Shown here piece after piece: positions 55,645 through 64,000 of a DNA stretch of 64,000 nucleotides (positions are counted from its first letter, which is position 1; each line of letters begins with the position of its first letter). The translations under genes were made by a program, and so were the position numbers. The stretch covers positions 179-64,178 of the forward strand of contig JAHHSQ010000001.1 of NCBI GenBank assembly GCA_020025135.1, in the 5' to 3' direction. The stretch comes from Pectinatus sp. (lineage in GTDB: Bacteria; Bacillota; Negativicutes; Selenomonadales; Selenomonadaceae). Under the pieces are notes generated by a model. That model was not told the DNA's origin. It worked only from the letters and a program-made list of their open reading frames with translations, and did no database searches.

Positions 55645-56679
55645 TTATATTAGACCACTATTAATGAGTTTTTCTTGTACCATTTTGGGAGTAATGGCAC
55701 GGAGGCAATCCTTTTTTAAGGGACAGCGCCGTTTCCAACAAAATTGACAAGAATAAGGGACAGTTAGGACATTATAGGCTTGAGCATAAGGTCCATTACG
55801 AGTTGGGTCTGTGGGGCCCATGAGCATAAATGTAGGACGGTTTAATGCCGCCGACATGTGCATAAGACCAGTATCACCACCGAGAGAAAATTCTGCTTCT
55901 TGTAGAATTAAACCAGCCATTTTTAAACTCGTTTTATCCACCAGATTTATTATTTTTACGGTCGAAGTTTGTTCTATCTGGTAGGCAATTTCTCTATCTA
56001 TTTTTCCAGCGCCGAGTAAGATTATCTGTCGTCCAGTACTTTGGCAAAACTCGGCCATTTTAGCGAAATATTGAGCGGGCCAACGCTTATTAGGCCAGTT
56101 AGCACCGATAACAAAGGACACAAAAGGCTTTTGCATGGCATAGGTCGCTTTTATTTTTTGTAAGGAAGTTATTTCTGGTGTCGTAAAACAGAATGGGAAT
56201 TGTATTTTCTTTGGTTCATAACCCATTGCACGCACGACGTCTAGATAGCGTTCGACAATATGACCATTTTGGTGGGGACCGTGCACTGCTTTGCTGAACA
56301 GGCCACTTCCTTCACGCATATTGGCATATCCAAGCTTTTTCTTACTTTTACTGAGTAGGACGACTAGAGCTGATTTTAGTAACCCTTGTAAATCTAGAGA
56401 GTAATCATAGGAACGTTTTTGTAATTCTTGGCGAAAGGGTGGAATATAGCGCCTAAAATTAGTTAAGGAAGAGAGGCTTTTTCTCTCAAAGATGATTATT
56501 TCATCGACAGTAGGGTTATTATCTAAAAGCGGTGCAGCTACTGGGGAAACTACCCAAGTTATGTGTATTTGGGGATTAGCTTCTTTCAGCGCTGCTGCTA
56601 CGGGAAGAGCGTGAATGACATCGCCAATAGCACTGAGTTTGACGATGAGAACATTGTTTATTTGCAATTTTTTTGTCAT
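55645..56679 (-). CDS. Glycosyltransferase family 9 LPS heptosyltransferase (WaaC/WaaF-like)
   Basis: VLIVKLSAIGDVIHALPVAAALKEANPQIHITWVV and GGDTGLMHMSAAL. Confidence 0.85.
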   Translation of the reverse strand: MTKKLQINNVLIVKLSAIGDVIHALPVAAALKEANPQIHITWVVSPVAAPLLDNNPTVDEIIIFERKSLSSLTNFRRYIPPFRQELQKRSYDYSLDLQGLLKSALVVLLSKSKKKLGYANMREGSGLFSKAVHGPHQNGHIVERYLDVVRAMGYEPKKIQFPFCFTTPEITSLQKIKATYAMQKPFVSFVIGANWPNKRWPAQYFAKMAEFCQSTGRQIILLGAGKIDREIAYQIEQTSTVKIINLVDKTSLKMAGLILQEAEFSLGGDTGLMHMSAALNRPTFMLMGPTDPTRNGPYAQAYNVLTVPYSCQFCWKRRCPLKKDCLRAITPKMVQEKLINSGLI

Positions 56680-56733
56680 TGATTAATTTAAATTCAAAAA
56701 AATTCCTTTCTCAAGAGAGGAAGAATTTTACCC

Positions 56734-57198
56734 TCATTGTGCTTTTATTTTTTTTATAATATTAGTGGAAGAACATCCAGGAACAGTTTTTATGAAATGG
56801 GGCTGAATATGATATTTCTGTAAAGTAGCGGTTTCGGGTAAATTTTCTAGCGAGTAATCGCCACCTTTGACATAAATGTCAGGTTTGATTTCTGCTAGTA
56901 ATTTATCGGCATTTATTTCATTAAATATGACCACATAATCTACGACCCGAAGTGCAGAGAGGACAAAAGCACGTTCCTGTTCGGTAACTATGGGACGATT
57001 AGGATTTTTCCAGCGCTTGACGGAACTATCGCTATTTAAGCCGACTATTAAAATATCACCTAAAGAGGCAGCTTCGGATAAGTAAGTGATATGTCCTTTG
57101 TGAAGTAGGTCGAAACAGCCGTTTGTAAAGACGATTTTTTGTCCATTGTTGTGCAGTACGCTAGCTAAAGAGGCGATATCATTTCTGGCAATAATCAT
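56734..57198 (-). CDS. hldC: D-glycero-beta-D-manno-heptose-1-phosphate adenylyltransferase (RfaE domain II / HldC)
   Basis: Cytidylyltransferase signature FTNGCFDLLHKGHITYL. 154 aa. Its start overlaps the kinase gene stop. Confidence 0.85.
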   Translation of the reverse strand: MIIARNDIASLASVLHNNGQKIVFTNGCFDLLHKGHITYLSEAASLGDILIVGLNSDSSVKRWKNPNRPIVTEQERAFVLSALRVVDYVVIFNEINADKLLAEIKPDIYVKGGDYSLENLPETATLQKYHIQPHFIKTVPGCSSTNIIKKIKAQ

Positions 57199-58205
57199 TT
57201 ATTTATCTCCAAACTGTTTTTAAGTTCAACTTGATTTACCGTAGCGGTGCCCATTTTTCGGACGGCGATGCCAGCAGCAAAATTGGATAATTGAGCTGCT
57301 ATGAGAGGAGAACTACCTCCAGCTAAAGCTAAGATAAAGGTGGCAACACAGGTGTCACCGGCACCAGATACGTCATATACTTCACTTTTATCAGAGATTG
57401 GAATATCAAATGCATCATCATTTTTTAAAAGTAAAAGCATGCCATTTTCTCCACGCGTCACGAGAATTCCCTCTGCTTGCAATAAGTTGAGGAGCGTTTT
57501 GGCTGCTTTCTTTAATTCTGGAAGCGTGTGAGTAGGCATTTTTACTGCGTTTGCCAGTTCAGCATCGTTTTGTTTTATGTAAGAAACTCCAGTGAAACGG
57601 CAGATATCATAGCGAGAATCGACGATGACGGGAATTTTTAATTCTTTCGCGCTCTTTATAATTGTGTTGGTTAATTTTGGAGAAAGAGTGCCACTACCAT
57701 AATCGCTGAGTACAATTCCATCGCATTTGGAAATAAGAGCGAGAATAGTGTGTTGCAATTCCTTTTGCATATCATCTTCAGGAAAACTACTATTGTCGAC
57801 ATCAATACGCACTACTTGTTGACTGACAGTGGCTCGTCCGCCAGCAATTACCCTTGTCTTGGTGATAGTTTTTCGCTGTGGAAAGGCGAGTAGCGCCTCA
57901 GTATTGGCACCGTTTAGCTCTAAAGCTTTTCTTAATTTATGAGCAGCATTATCAGTACCAATAAAACCACAAGGATAGACTGTCCCACCAAGGGTAGCAA
58001 TATTGTTAGCTACATTGGCTGCCCCACCAGGAATTACCTGTTCGCGAGATTGTTTTAAAACTAGAACGGGAGCTTCTCGCGAAATGCGGTCGATAGTTCC
58101 ATAAAGATAGATATCGGCAACCATGTCGCCGATGACGAGAATTTTGTAACCTTGCATTTTTTTTATTGTATTTTGGAGATGAGCAATATTTATCATATTT
58201 ATCAC
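57195..58205 (-). CDS. hldA: D-glycero-beta-D-manno-heptose-7-phosphate kinase (RfaE domain I / HldA)
   Basis: PfkB/ribokinase fold: VIGDMVADIYLYG, GGAANVANN, DVSGAGDT. Confidence 0.85.
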   Translation of the reverse strand: MINMINIAHLQNTIKKMQGYKILVIGDMVADIYLYGTIDRISREAPVLVLKQSREQVIPGGAANVANNIATLGGTVYPCGFIGTDNAAHKLRKALELNGANTEALLAFPQRKTITKTRVIAGGRATVSQQVVRIDVDNSSFPEDDMQKELQHTILALISKCDGIVLSDYGSGTLSPKLTNTIIKSAKELKIPVIVDSRYDICRFTGVSYIKQNDAELANAVKMPTHTLPELKKAAKTLLNLLQAEGILVTRGENGMLLLLKNDDAFDIPISDKSEVYDVSGAGDTCVATFILALAGGSSPLIAAQLSNFAAGIAVRKMGTATVNQVELKNSLEINK

Positions 58206-59722
58206 CAGTTAACTATATTGAATTTTACGTGCCAAGAATTTCTTTTTTCTCGATAGCGTAAGACCATATCTAAGCAGTGAAAATCGTGATACCAGTAATA
58301 GTCTCTATCCATAGTTTTCATATGGTTTCCAGCGTCAAATTCATTGGCAATAACAATGCGGTCTTTAGGAGCTATTTGATAGCTAAAACCAGCTGTTACC
58401 TTTTTGGAGTAATCGTTCAAATTGTAATCAAAGAGGGAATTTTGGGTAGTGGAACGAGAGTAGTGGTAAGCAGTATAGAAGGCAAAGTCAGTAGAAATAC
58501 TGTCCACTAAGGTCAAGTCATAATAAAAATTCCTTTTCATGCTTTTGTTGTAAGATTCATGTGTCCAAGAATAGCCGATATGGGGATAAAAACTAAGATT
58601 TTTATTACCGAAATGAAGCGGTTTTCGGTATAAATTTAGGGCATTTTCGAAGTGCCAGCTAGAGATGATATCGTCGTCCCATTTGCTGTATTGCAAGGAA
58701 TAATTGATGGAGAAAGGAGAGTTGCCAATTCCTGTTCCGTAATTAAAGGTGAAAGCAGGCTCTTTTTTTATCCAATTATTGTTGCTATCTTCGAAGTATC
58801 CATCTTGTAATTTTACAGAGGACTTTCCCCTACCCCAATCGATGCCATAAACGTTTCGCCAATTATGTTTAGTATAATAATTGAGATTGGCATAGGCGAC
58901 AGTATGGTCGTTTAATTGTCTGTCATAGCGATATTTGATGTAAGTACCATCTTCGCTGTCGTAACCAGCCTTAATGGGGATAGAGAGGGTATTTTTTTTC
59001 AGAGCATTTTTACCGATAGGGGCTATATAGCGTGCTTTTTCGTAGATAACGGCATTTTTTATCATAAATTTGGCGTTATAGGCAATCATATGGTCATTTG
59101 GCCAAATTTCTATCTTGTCAGCTTGAAGGCGGTAGTCTGGTTTTTTAGCAGGGCAACGAGTTACGTAGCCGTTATAAATGACGGTTTCATGCGGATAAAT
59201 ATATACTTTACTGCCTTGGAAATGTTCGATATTGATAAAGCCCTTGGCATTACTCATTTCCCCATTTTTCGTTTTGAAATTGTATTTTCCTTTTTCGCCA
59301 TCGACAATCATGCTATTGGGAGAGGCTTCCGCTAAGTGTGCTTTTTGAGGAAGCGAGACATCGCCACTATTGTAGTTGCCGGAAAGTTGGGGGGCGCTGA
59401 GACGAGAATAATTATGTGTGACGCGAACACTTCCCTGAGCGATTACCTCACCAGTTTGAGTATTATAAGAAATATCCTGACCAGAAAAAATTATAGGGGC
59501 GGGAAGATTGGGGTCGAGAGGACGCAAAAATTTTTCATTTTTGACAGCTTCTTTTAATTTTACTAATTCTGGATTAACAGGATGTTCCCTAGCCCAATCG
59601 CGTTCGTTTTGAATATAATTTAGCAGGTTTACGTCGGTGTCGGCATAAGCTAAATTTGGTTTTACTACCGTCATTGCTAAAAAAGAAAATAGCATTGAGG
59701 TGAGATATAATTTTTTTTGCAT
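58202..59722 (-). CDS. Outer-membrane protein, LptD/OstA-like (LPS assembly) candidate
   Basis: Signal peptide (MQKKLYLTSMLFSFLAMTVV...AYA), an OstA-like N-terminal region, a beta-strand-rich Tyr/Asn-rich body, and a C-terminal aromatic residue (..FNIVNW). The family assignment comes from context and pattern only. Confidence 0.45.
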   Translation of the reverse strand: MQKKLYLTSMLFSFLAMTVVKPNLAYADTDVNLLNYIQNERDWAREHPVNPELVKLKEAVKNEKFLRPLDPNLPAPIIFSGQDISYNTQTGEVIAQGSVRVTHNYSRLSAPQLSGNYNSGDVSLPQKAHLAEASPNSMIVDGEKGKYNFKTKNGEMSNAKGFINIEHFQGSKVYIYPHETVIYNGYVTRCPAKKPDYRLQADKIEIWPNDHMIAYNAKFMIKNAVIYEKARYIAPIGKNALKKNTLSIPIKAGYDSEDGTYIKYRYDRQLNDHTVAYANLNYYTKHNWRNVYGIDWGRGKSSVKLQDGYFEDSNNNWIKKEPAFTFNYGTGIGNSPFSINYSLQYSKWDDDIISSWHFENALNLYRKPLHFGNKNLSFYPHIGYSWTHESYNKSMKRNFYYDLTLVDSISTDFAFYTAYHYSRSTTQNSLFDYNLNDYSKKVTAGFSYQIAPKDRIVIANEFDAGNHMKTMDRDYYWYHDFHCLDMVLRYREKRNSWHVKFNIVNW

Positions 59723-59736
59723 ACGATGAATGACCT

Positions 59737-60369
59737 CTATTGCTTTGTAATATTGTTGTCTAATAGGCTTAATCCACGAGCAAATTTGCTCAGAGTACCT
59801 GTTTTAAGGTGAAATTTATCTTGAAGTGGTTTGGCGCAGGCGAAAATATTTTTATTTTGCCCAGACACAAGTTCAAATTCTAACTCACAGATAGGTTCTT
59901 TCTGTTTTCCAGCGATTATTTCTCCTATGTCTAAAGAAATTTCGATTTTAGTGTTGCGGAAAGTTACCAACCAATTTTCGCGTTTGAAAACCGTTCTTAA
60001 AAGAGGCACAAGTGGTTCGTTATTTATGGTGCGAATTAAATTTTGTCCAATTGGGTCATCTTGAAAAGGAGTTAAATCCGGTACATCAGAATGTACATGG
60101 CGATTTATTTCCACATGACAGAATAGGTCGCTGTGTTTTAGTTGACGCCCCTTGATAGTAGCTAAAAAGAGGTTGTTTTGTTTCCGCAAGCGGTAAATAA
60201 ATTTTCGCTTTTGTAAAATATTATCTGGGGTGTCATAATAGGTGGCATCTGTATTTAGAAGTTCTTTAGGAATTTCTGGATAGGTATTTTGTATAAAATC
60301 GCGAATAGCTTGTACCTGTACTGGGTTCTCAATAAGTAATTTTAATTCAATTTCCCTTTTTTCTTTCAT
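59737..60369 (-). CDS. CYTH-domain protein (triphosphate tunnel metalloenzyme)
   Basis: N-terminal EIELKLLI (the ExExK motif) and later ELEFEL acidic/basic strands. Confidence 0.7.
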   Translation of the reverse strand: MKEKREIELKLLIENPVQVQAIRDFIQNTYPEIPKELLNTDATYYDTPDNILQKRKFIYRLRKQNNLFLATIKGRQLKHSDLFCHVEINRHVHSDVPDLTPFQDDPIGQNLIRTINNEPLVPLLRTVFKRENWLVTFRNTKIEISLDIGEIIAGKQKEPICELEFELVSGQNKNIFACAKPLQDKFHLKTGTLSKFARGLSLLDNNITKQ

Positions 60370-60378
60370 GATATTTCC

Positions 60379-60723
60379 TCACAAAAAAATTAAAATTAGC
60401 GAACCAACAAATAGAGTAATGCTGAGAGATTTGCAAAGCGCAATCAGAGAATGAGCATGTTTATTATTGGAGTTAATGAAGAACTTTTGCAAAAACCAAA
60501 GTAAAAAAGCGATGCTGATAAAAAAAGAAGTTATATCTAAGAAAAAAACACTGGCGGTGAGCGAGATAAAGGCTATAAACAATATCATATATTGACTGCG
60601 CGTTAACTTCTTCTTTACTTGACCATCAGTATTATGGTGGGCGGTGGAAAAATCTCTGCCACATTCGTTATAAGCTTTTTCTGCTTCCCAAAAATCTTTG
60701 TCCGAAAATTGTTTATAAATCAT
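60379..60723 (-). CDS. Hypothetical small membrane protein
   Basis: Three predicted TM segments. The start is taken at the Met 5 nt after the ABC gene stop. No recognisable family. Confidence 0.4.
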   Translation of the reverse strand: MIYKQFSDKDFWEAEKAYNECGRDFSTAHHNTDGQVKKKLTRSQYMILFIAFISLTASVFFLDITSFFISIAFLLWFLQKFFINSNNKHAHSLIALCKSLSITLFVGSLILIFL

Positions 60724-60727
60724 AGAA

Positions 60728-62449
60728 TTATCCTTTACTGAGATAGGTAATATTGTATTTGCCGTTACCATTTAAATGAAGGCAAATATCGTGCCACGGT
60801 AAGAGCGAAGAGCGATGCCCTACACTGATAATTGTAATATTGGGTAAACACTTTTTCAATATACCATAGATATATTCCTCAGTTTCTTCATCGAGAGCAG
60901 ACGTTGATTCATCTAAAAACACCCATGCTGGCTTTTTTAAGAGAATACGAGCAAAGGCTAGTTTTTGTTGCTCTCCTAAGGAAAGAATCATACTCCAATC
61001 ATCAACTTTCTCAAGGCAATCTATATATTTATCTAGATGAGTTAGCTTTAATACGGAAATCACATTCTCCTTGGAAGCTTCATTGTTGGGGTAACAGATG
61101 GCTTTGTAGAGTGTACCCAAAGGTAAATAAGGTTTTTGGGGGAGAAAGAGCGTTGCTTCAGGTGGCGGAAGTGTAGCTATGCCGGAGGCGAATGGCCAAA
61201 GATTAGCCAAAGCCCTTAACATGGTACTTTTTCCGCAGCCAGAGTTACCATTGATGAGAATGCTCTTAGTAGGAGGAAATGTAAAATTTAAGTTATCAAT
61301 TAAGATTTTACCATTTGGTAAAAATAAGGAAAAATTTTCTAAGGCGTATTCGTTTTTGCTATATTTTATGTTTAAATGAGAAGTTATTTTTGTGCTTTCC
61401 TCCATATGCGAGATAAAGCTATCAAGTCGACGAATAACGGAGAGCCATTGTGCTATATCGACATAGGCATTAACGATATAAGACAGAGAATCTTGTACGC
61501 GTCCAAAAGCGGTAAGTGTTTGCATAAACCAACCGATAGTCATACCAGCGCCGAAGTAACGCGGAGCCATAATAATTGTAGGAAAGATGATGGCGATTTG
61601 CGAATAACTGGCAGTTATTCCAGTGAGAATTTTCTGTCTGAGCATGATAGCGTGGAAATTGGTTATTATGTTATGGAAAAGATTTTTGAAAGTCATTTTT
61701 TCAGATTCTTCCCCGCGATAAAATGCGATGCATTCGCTGTGTTCGCGAATTCTAGCCAAAGAAAAGCGAAAATCGGCTTCATAATGTTGTTGATGAAATT
61801 TTAGTCCAATCAATTGATGACCAACTTTATGTGTTAACAAAGTTCCAAGGAGAGAATAACTGAGTGTTGCCCAGACTAGAAAGCCGGGAATATAGACAGT
61901 GGTGTGGTGAAGGTGAAATTGAAAAGTACCGGAAAGGTACCATAACATGACGATAAAAGAGAAAAAAATGGTCAACTGCCGAAATAGACCGATGCCGAGT
62001 CCCAATGTCAAAGTAACGAATTGATTGATATCTTCTTGGATACGTTGGTCGGGATTATCTGTTTTTTTGATATTCATTTGCAAGCGGTAATAGGTATTAT
62101 TTTGCATCCATTTTTCTAAATAAGTTTCTGTCATGAAAGTGCGCCACTCAATTTGGAGCCATTGTTGAAGGTAGAGCTGGTAAACAGCTACTAAAATAAA
62201 AATAGCAGCTAGAATACTGAATTTACCGATGGAGTGCCAGAATTTTCCATACGAATAATTTTGTAATATAGTGTAAAATTCATTGTACCAATTAGTTATC
62301 TCCAACATTATATATACAGAGATTAAAGTACAAGCGATGACAGCTGCTAGTAAGGCAATGCCACGCCACTTGCGGTTAGATGTCCAATAGGGGGCGCAGA
62401 GCCTTTTTCCAATGGAAAATATATTTTTTAATTGCTGATATTTGAGCAT
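60728..62449 (-). CDS. ABC transporter, fused permease/ATPase (YddA / SbmA-BacA-like ABC_membrane_2 type)
   Basis: N-terminal 6-TM domain with EWRTFMT..Y..W, Walker A GNSGCGKST, signature LSLGEQQKLAFAR, Walker B VFLDESTSALD. Confidence 0.8.
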   Translation of the reverse strand: MLKYQQLKNIFSIGKRLCAPYWTSNRKWRGIALLAAVIACTLISVYIMLEITNWYNEFYTILQNYSYGKFWHSIGKFSILAAIFILVAVYQLYLQQWLQIEWRTFMTETYLEKWMQNNTYYRLQMNIKKTDNPDQRIQEDINQFVTLTLGLGIGLFRQLTIFFSFIVMLWYLSGTFQFHLHHTTVYIPGFLVWATLSYSLLGTLLTHKVGHQLIGLKFHQQHYEADFRFSLARIREHSECIAFYRGEESEKMTFKNLFHNIITNFHAIMLRQKILTGITASYSQIAIIFPTIIMAPRYFGAGMTIGWFMQTLTAFGRVQDSLSYIVNAYVDIAQWLSVIRRLDSFISHMEESTKITSHLNIKYSKNEYALENFSLFLPNGKILIDNLNFTFPPTKSILINGNSGCGKSTMLRALANLWPFASGIATLPPPEATLFLPQKPYLPLGTLYKAICYPNNEASKENVISVLKLTHLDKYIDCLEKVDDWSMILSLGEQQKLAFARILLKKPAWVFLDESTSALDEETEEYIYGILKKCLPNITIISVGHRSSLLPWHDICLHLNGNGKYNITYLSKG

Positions 62450-62622
62450 TTAAACTCCTTCATAGATGCTGGCATTTTATTGCGTAAACCAACAAGGTAT
62501 ATTATTATTGTAGAATATAAGCATTGATTTTTTTATTATGTATACTGGATTACTCTAATGTTCAGTATACTTATGCGAATATTTTAGAGAGATTAGTTCC
62601 ATAAAACGTAATATCAAGAGTT

Positions 62623-63312
62623 TTGCATATGGAAAGGGATAAAATGATTCAATATAAAATTTTGTTTTTAGGAATTTTACTTTTCTTTTTGGCTTTGTCG
62701 TACTTTGCTTACTACTATTTGCCGACAAAAAAAATATTCTTTATTTTTTTAGCTCTTATTTTGTCCTCTTTGGGGATGATGTGTTATTTATTGAAAGGAC
62801 CGGTTGATAGGCAGATGCGATATAAAGAGAGCAAAATGCAAGTTTTGACTGAACAACCCATCTTTGCGACTTGGTATGAGGGTTATAAGAAAAATCTCAT
62901 TGCCTCTGACCACATCTGGTCATTATACAATGATACTTTAGATGATTTTAGTTTGCAACATATTGGGTTGGAAATATTTCGTCAGCGTTTAATAGAGATA
63001 AAGAAACAAGAAGATGAATTGGTGAAAAGAACTAGACCACTTCTACCACCCGGAGGATTATCGGATACCAATTATAAATTGTGTTTTAGTATTTTGCAGA
63101 AATATAATTCATTTGTTGCCAAAGAACAAAGGTGTATAGACTTAACTTTGCAAGCGGCGAAAGACTCTAAGTTTGAAAAGGCCTCTTTTCCTGTTCAAGT
63201 TGCTACTTTAAAGAAAGTGCGTGTTTTACAAAACCCTATCTTTCTTAACACCGCTGCCGAAGTAGTGGCTATCCGCAATAATTTAGAAGCTTATCCTTTC
63301 GGTGGAAAATGA
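62623..63312 (+). CDS. Hypothetical membrane-anchored protein
   Basis: Two N-terminal TM segments, then a soluble domain. No recognisable family. The start may be the Met at 62644. Confidence 0.4.
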   Translation: MHMERDKMIQYKILFLGILLFFLALSYFAYYYLPTKKIFFIFLALILSSLGMMCYLLKGPVDRQMRYKESKMQVLTEQPIFATWYEGYKKNLIASDHIWSLYNDTLDDFSLQHIGLEIFRQRLIEIKKQEDELVKRTRPLLPPGGLSDTNYKLCFSILQKYNSFVAKEQRCIDLTLQAAKDSKFEKASFPVQVATLKKVRVLQNPIFLNTAAEVVAIRNNLEAYPFGGK

Positions 63313-63510
63313 CAAATAAGAAGCACTATCTACATTATGTCTATAAAAACGTAATAAAAGTGTAAAGTGTGATTGATTTGTCAATAGAAAAATTTATGAT
63401 AGAAATATATTTTTTTTATGATAAAATTTAAAAAGAAAAAATAAAAAAACGTAATTGTTCAAAAATTTGTGATATAATGATAGGAGCTATAAACATTAGG
63501 AAGAAAGTGA

Positions 63511-64000
63511 ATGTTAACTATGGATTTTCACCATATCAGTGTCTTGAAAAATGAGACATTGACAGGCTTGAATATCATTCCGGAAGGGGTCTATGTAGAC
63601 TGTACTTTAGGAGGAGCTGGACATTCAGCAGGAATTGCTGAAAAATTGAGCGAAACAGGCTGTTTGATTGGTATTGATAGAGATGAAGATGCTTTGCAAG
63701 CAGCCAAAGAGCGTTTGCAAAAATATACTTGTCAAATAAAATTAATTCACAGTAATTTTAAGGATTTGGCGACGGTCTTAGCGACAGAAAATATTGGGGC
63801 GGTAGATGGAATTCTCTTTGATTTAGGAGTTTCTTCCTATCAATTGGATACCGAAGAAAGAGGCTTTTCTTACATGAGCAATGCTCCACTAGATATGCGA
63901 ATGGACCGCAGTGAAGAGGGCTTAGATGCCTATGACATTATCAATACATATTCTCAACAAGATTTGGAACGGATTTTTCGCGATTATGGCGAAGAACGTT
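63511..64000 (+). CDS. rsmH: 16S rRNA (cytosine1402-N4)-methyltransferase RsmH (3' end lies outside the window)
   Basis: My translation gives (MLT)[39 protein letters not shown]...[21 protein letters not shown]...PLDMRMD, which is canonical MraW/RsmH. It is not in the ORF track because it is truncated by the window edge. Confidence 0.9.
   Translation, partial: MLTMDFHHISVLKNETLTGLNIIPEGVYVDCTLGGAGHSAGIAEKLSETGCLIGIDRDEDALQAAKERLQKYTCQIKLIHSNFKDLATVLATENIGAVDGILFDLGVSSYQLDTEERGFSYMSNAPLDMRMDRSEEGLDAYDIINTYSQQDLERIFRDYGEER

Noticed and set aside
1-64000. I searched for tRNA, rRNA, CRISPR, integrase/transposase, prophage and toxin-antitoxin modules.
   Set aside because: No cloverleaf-like sequences, rRNA-like stretches, short regular repeats or recombinase-like ORFs were seen on either strand. 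Apart from the introns the window is core-genome-like.

Overview
This 64-kb chromosomal window comes from a low-GC, Firmicutes-type genome. It carries typical Firmicutes gene arrangements (ruvC-ruvA, dnaG-sigA, mfd, recA-recX, rlmB-yacP, rimP-nusA-ylxR-ylxQ-infB-rbfA-nrnA-truB). It also carries an LPS core / ADP-heptose / lipid A acyltransferase cluster at 48.3-59.7 kb, so the source is most likely a diderm Negativicutes (inference). I found no rRNA, tRNA, CRISPR array, transposase or prophage genes.

The main result is a family of eleven ORF-less, ~380-505-nt structured elements, all in sense orientation inside five + strand protein-coding genes:
- an FtsW/RodA/SpoVE-family gene (1 element)
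- an acyltransferase-3 gene (4)
- yabN/mazG (3)
- an SDR oxidoreductase gene (2)
- yacP/rae1 (1)

They carry the group I intron core motifs P, Q, R and S (AATTGCTGG / AATCAGCAGCC / GGTTCAACGACTAT / GAGATAGTCTG). P2, P3, P5, P5a, P7.1, P7.2, P9, P9.1 and P9.2 are all supported by compensatory base changes between copies. The two extra hairpins between P7 and P3' match the subgroup IA layout. Each copy has an internal guide sequence (GTAAG; GTCAG in the yacP copy) that pairs with the last 5 nt of the upstream exon (YTTAT, or TTGAT for yacP) and gives a U.G pair at the splice site. Removing each element at U|...G| restores an open frame that aligns without gaps to what I remember of homologous proteins.

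Group I introns this dense in bacterial chromosomal housekeeping CDSs, with no homing endonuclease, are highly unusual. I propose an endonuclease-independent, guide-sequence-directed (reverse-splicing-like) spread.

Secondary observations:
- an SpeD-like protein lacking the pyruvoyl-forming Ser
- an lpxL-like gene whose RBS and ATG are out of frame with its body
- ruvC without a canonical start codon
- orphan guide-sequence/P2-like hairpins in an oversized ruvC-ruvA spacer
- a Stealth-family gene and a GT52-like gene in the LPS cluster
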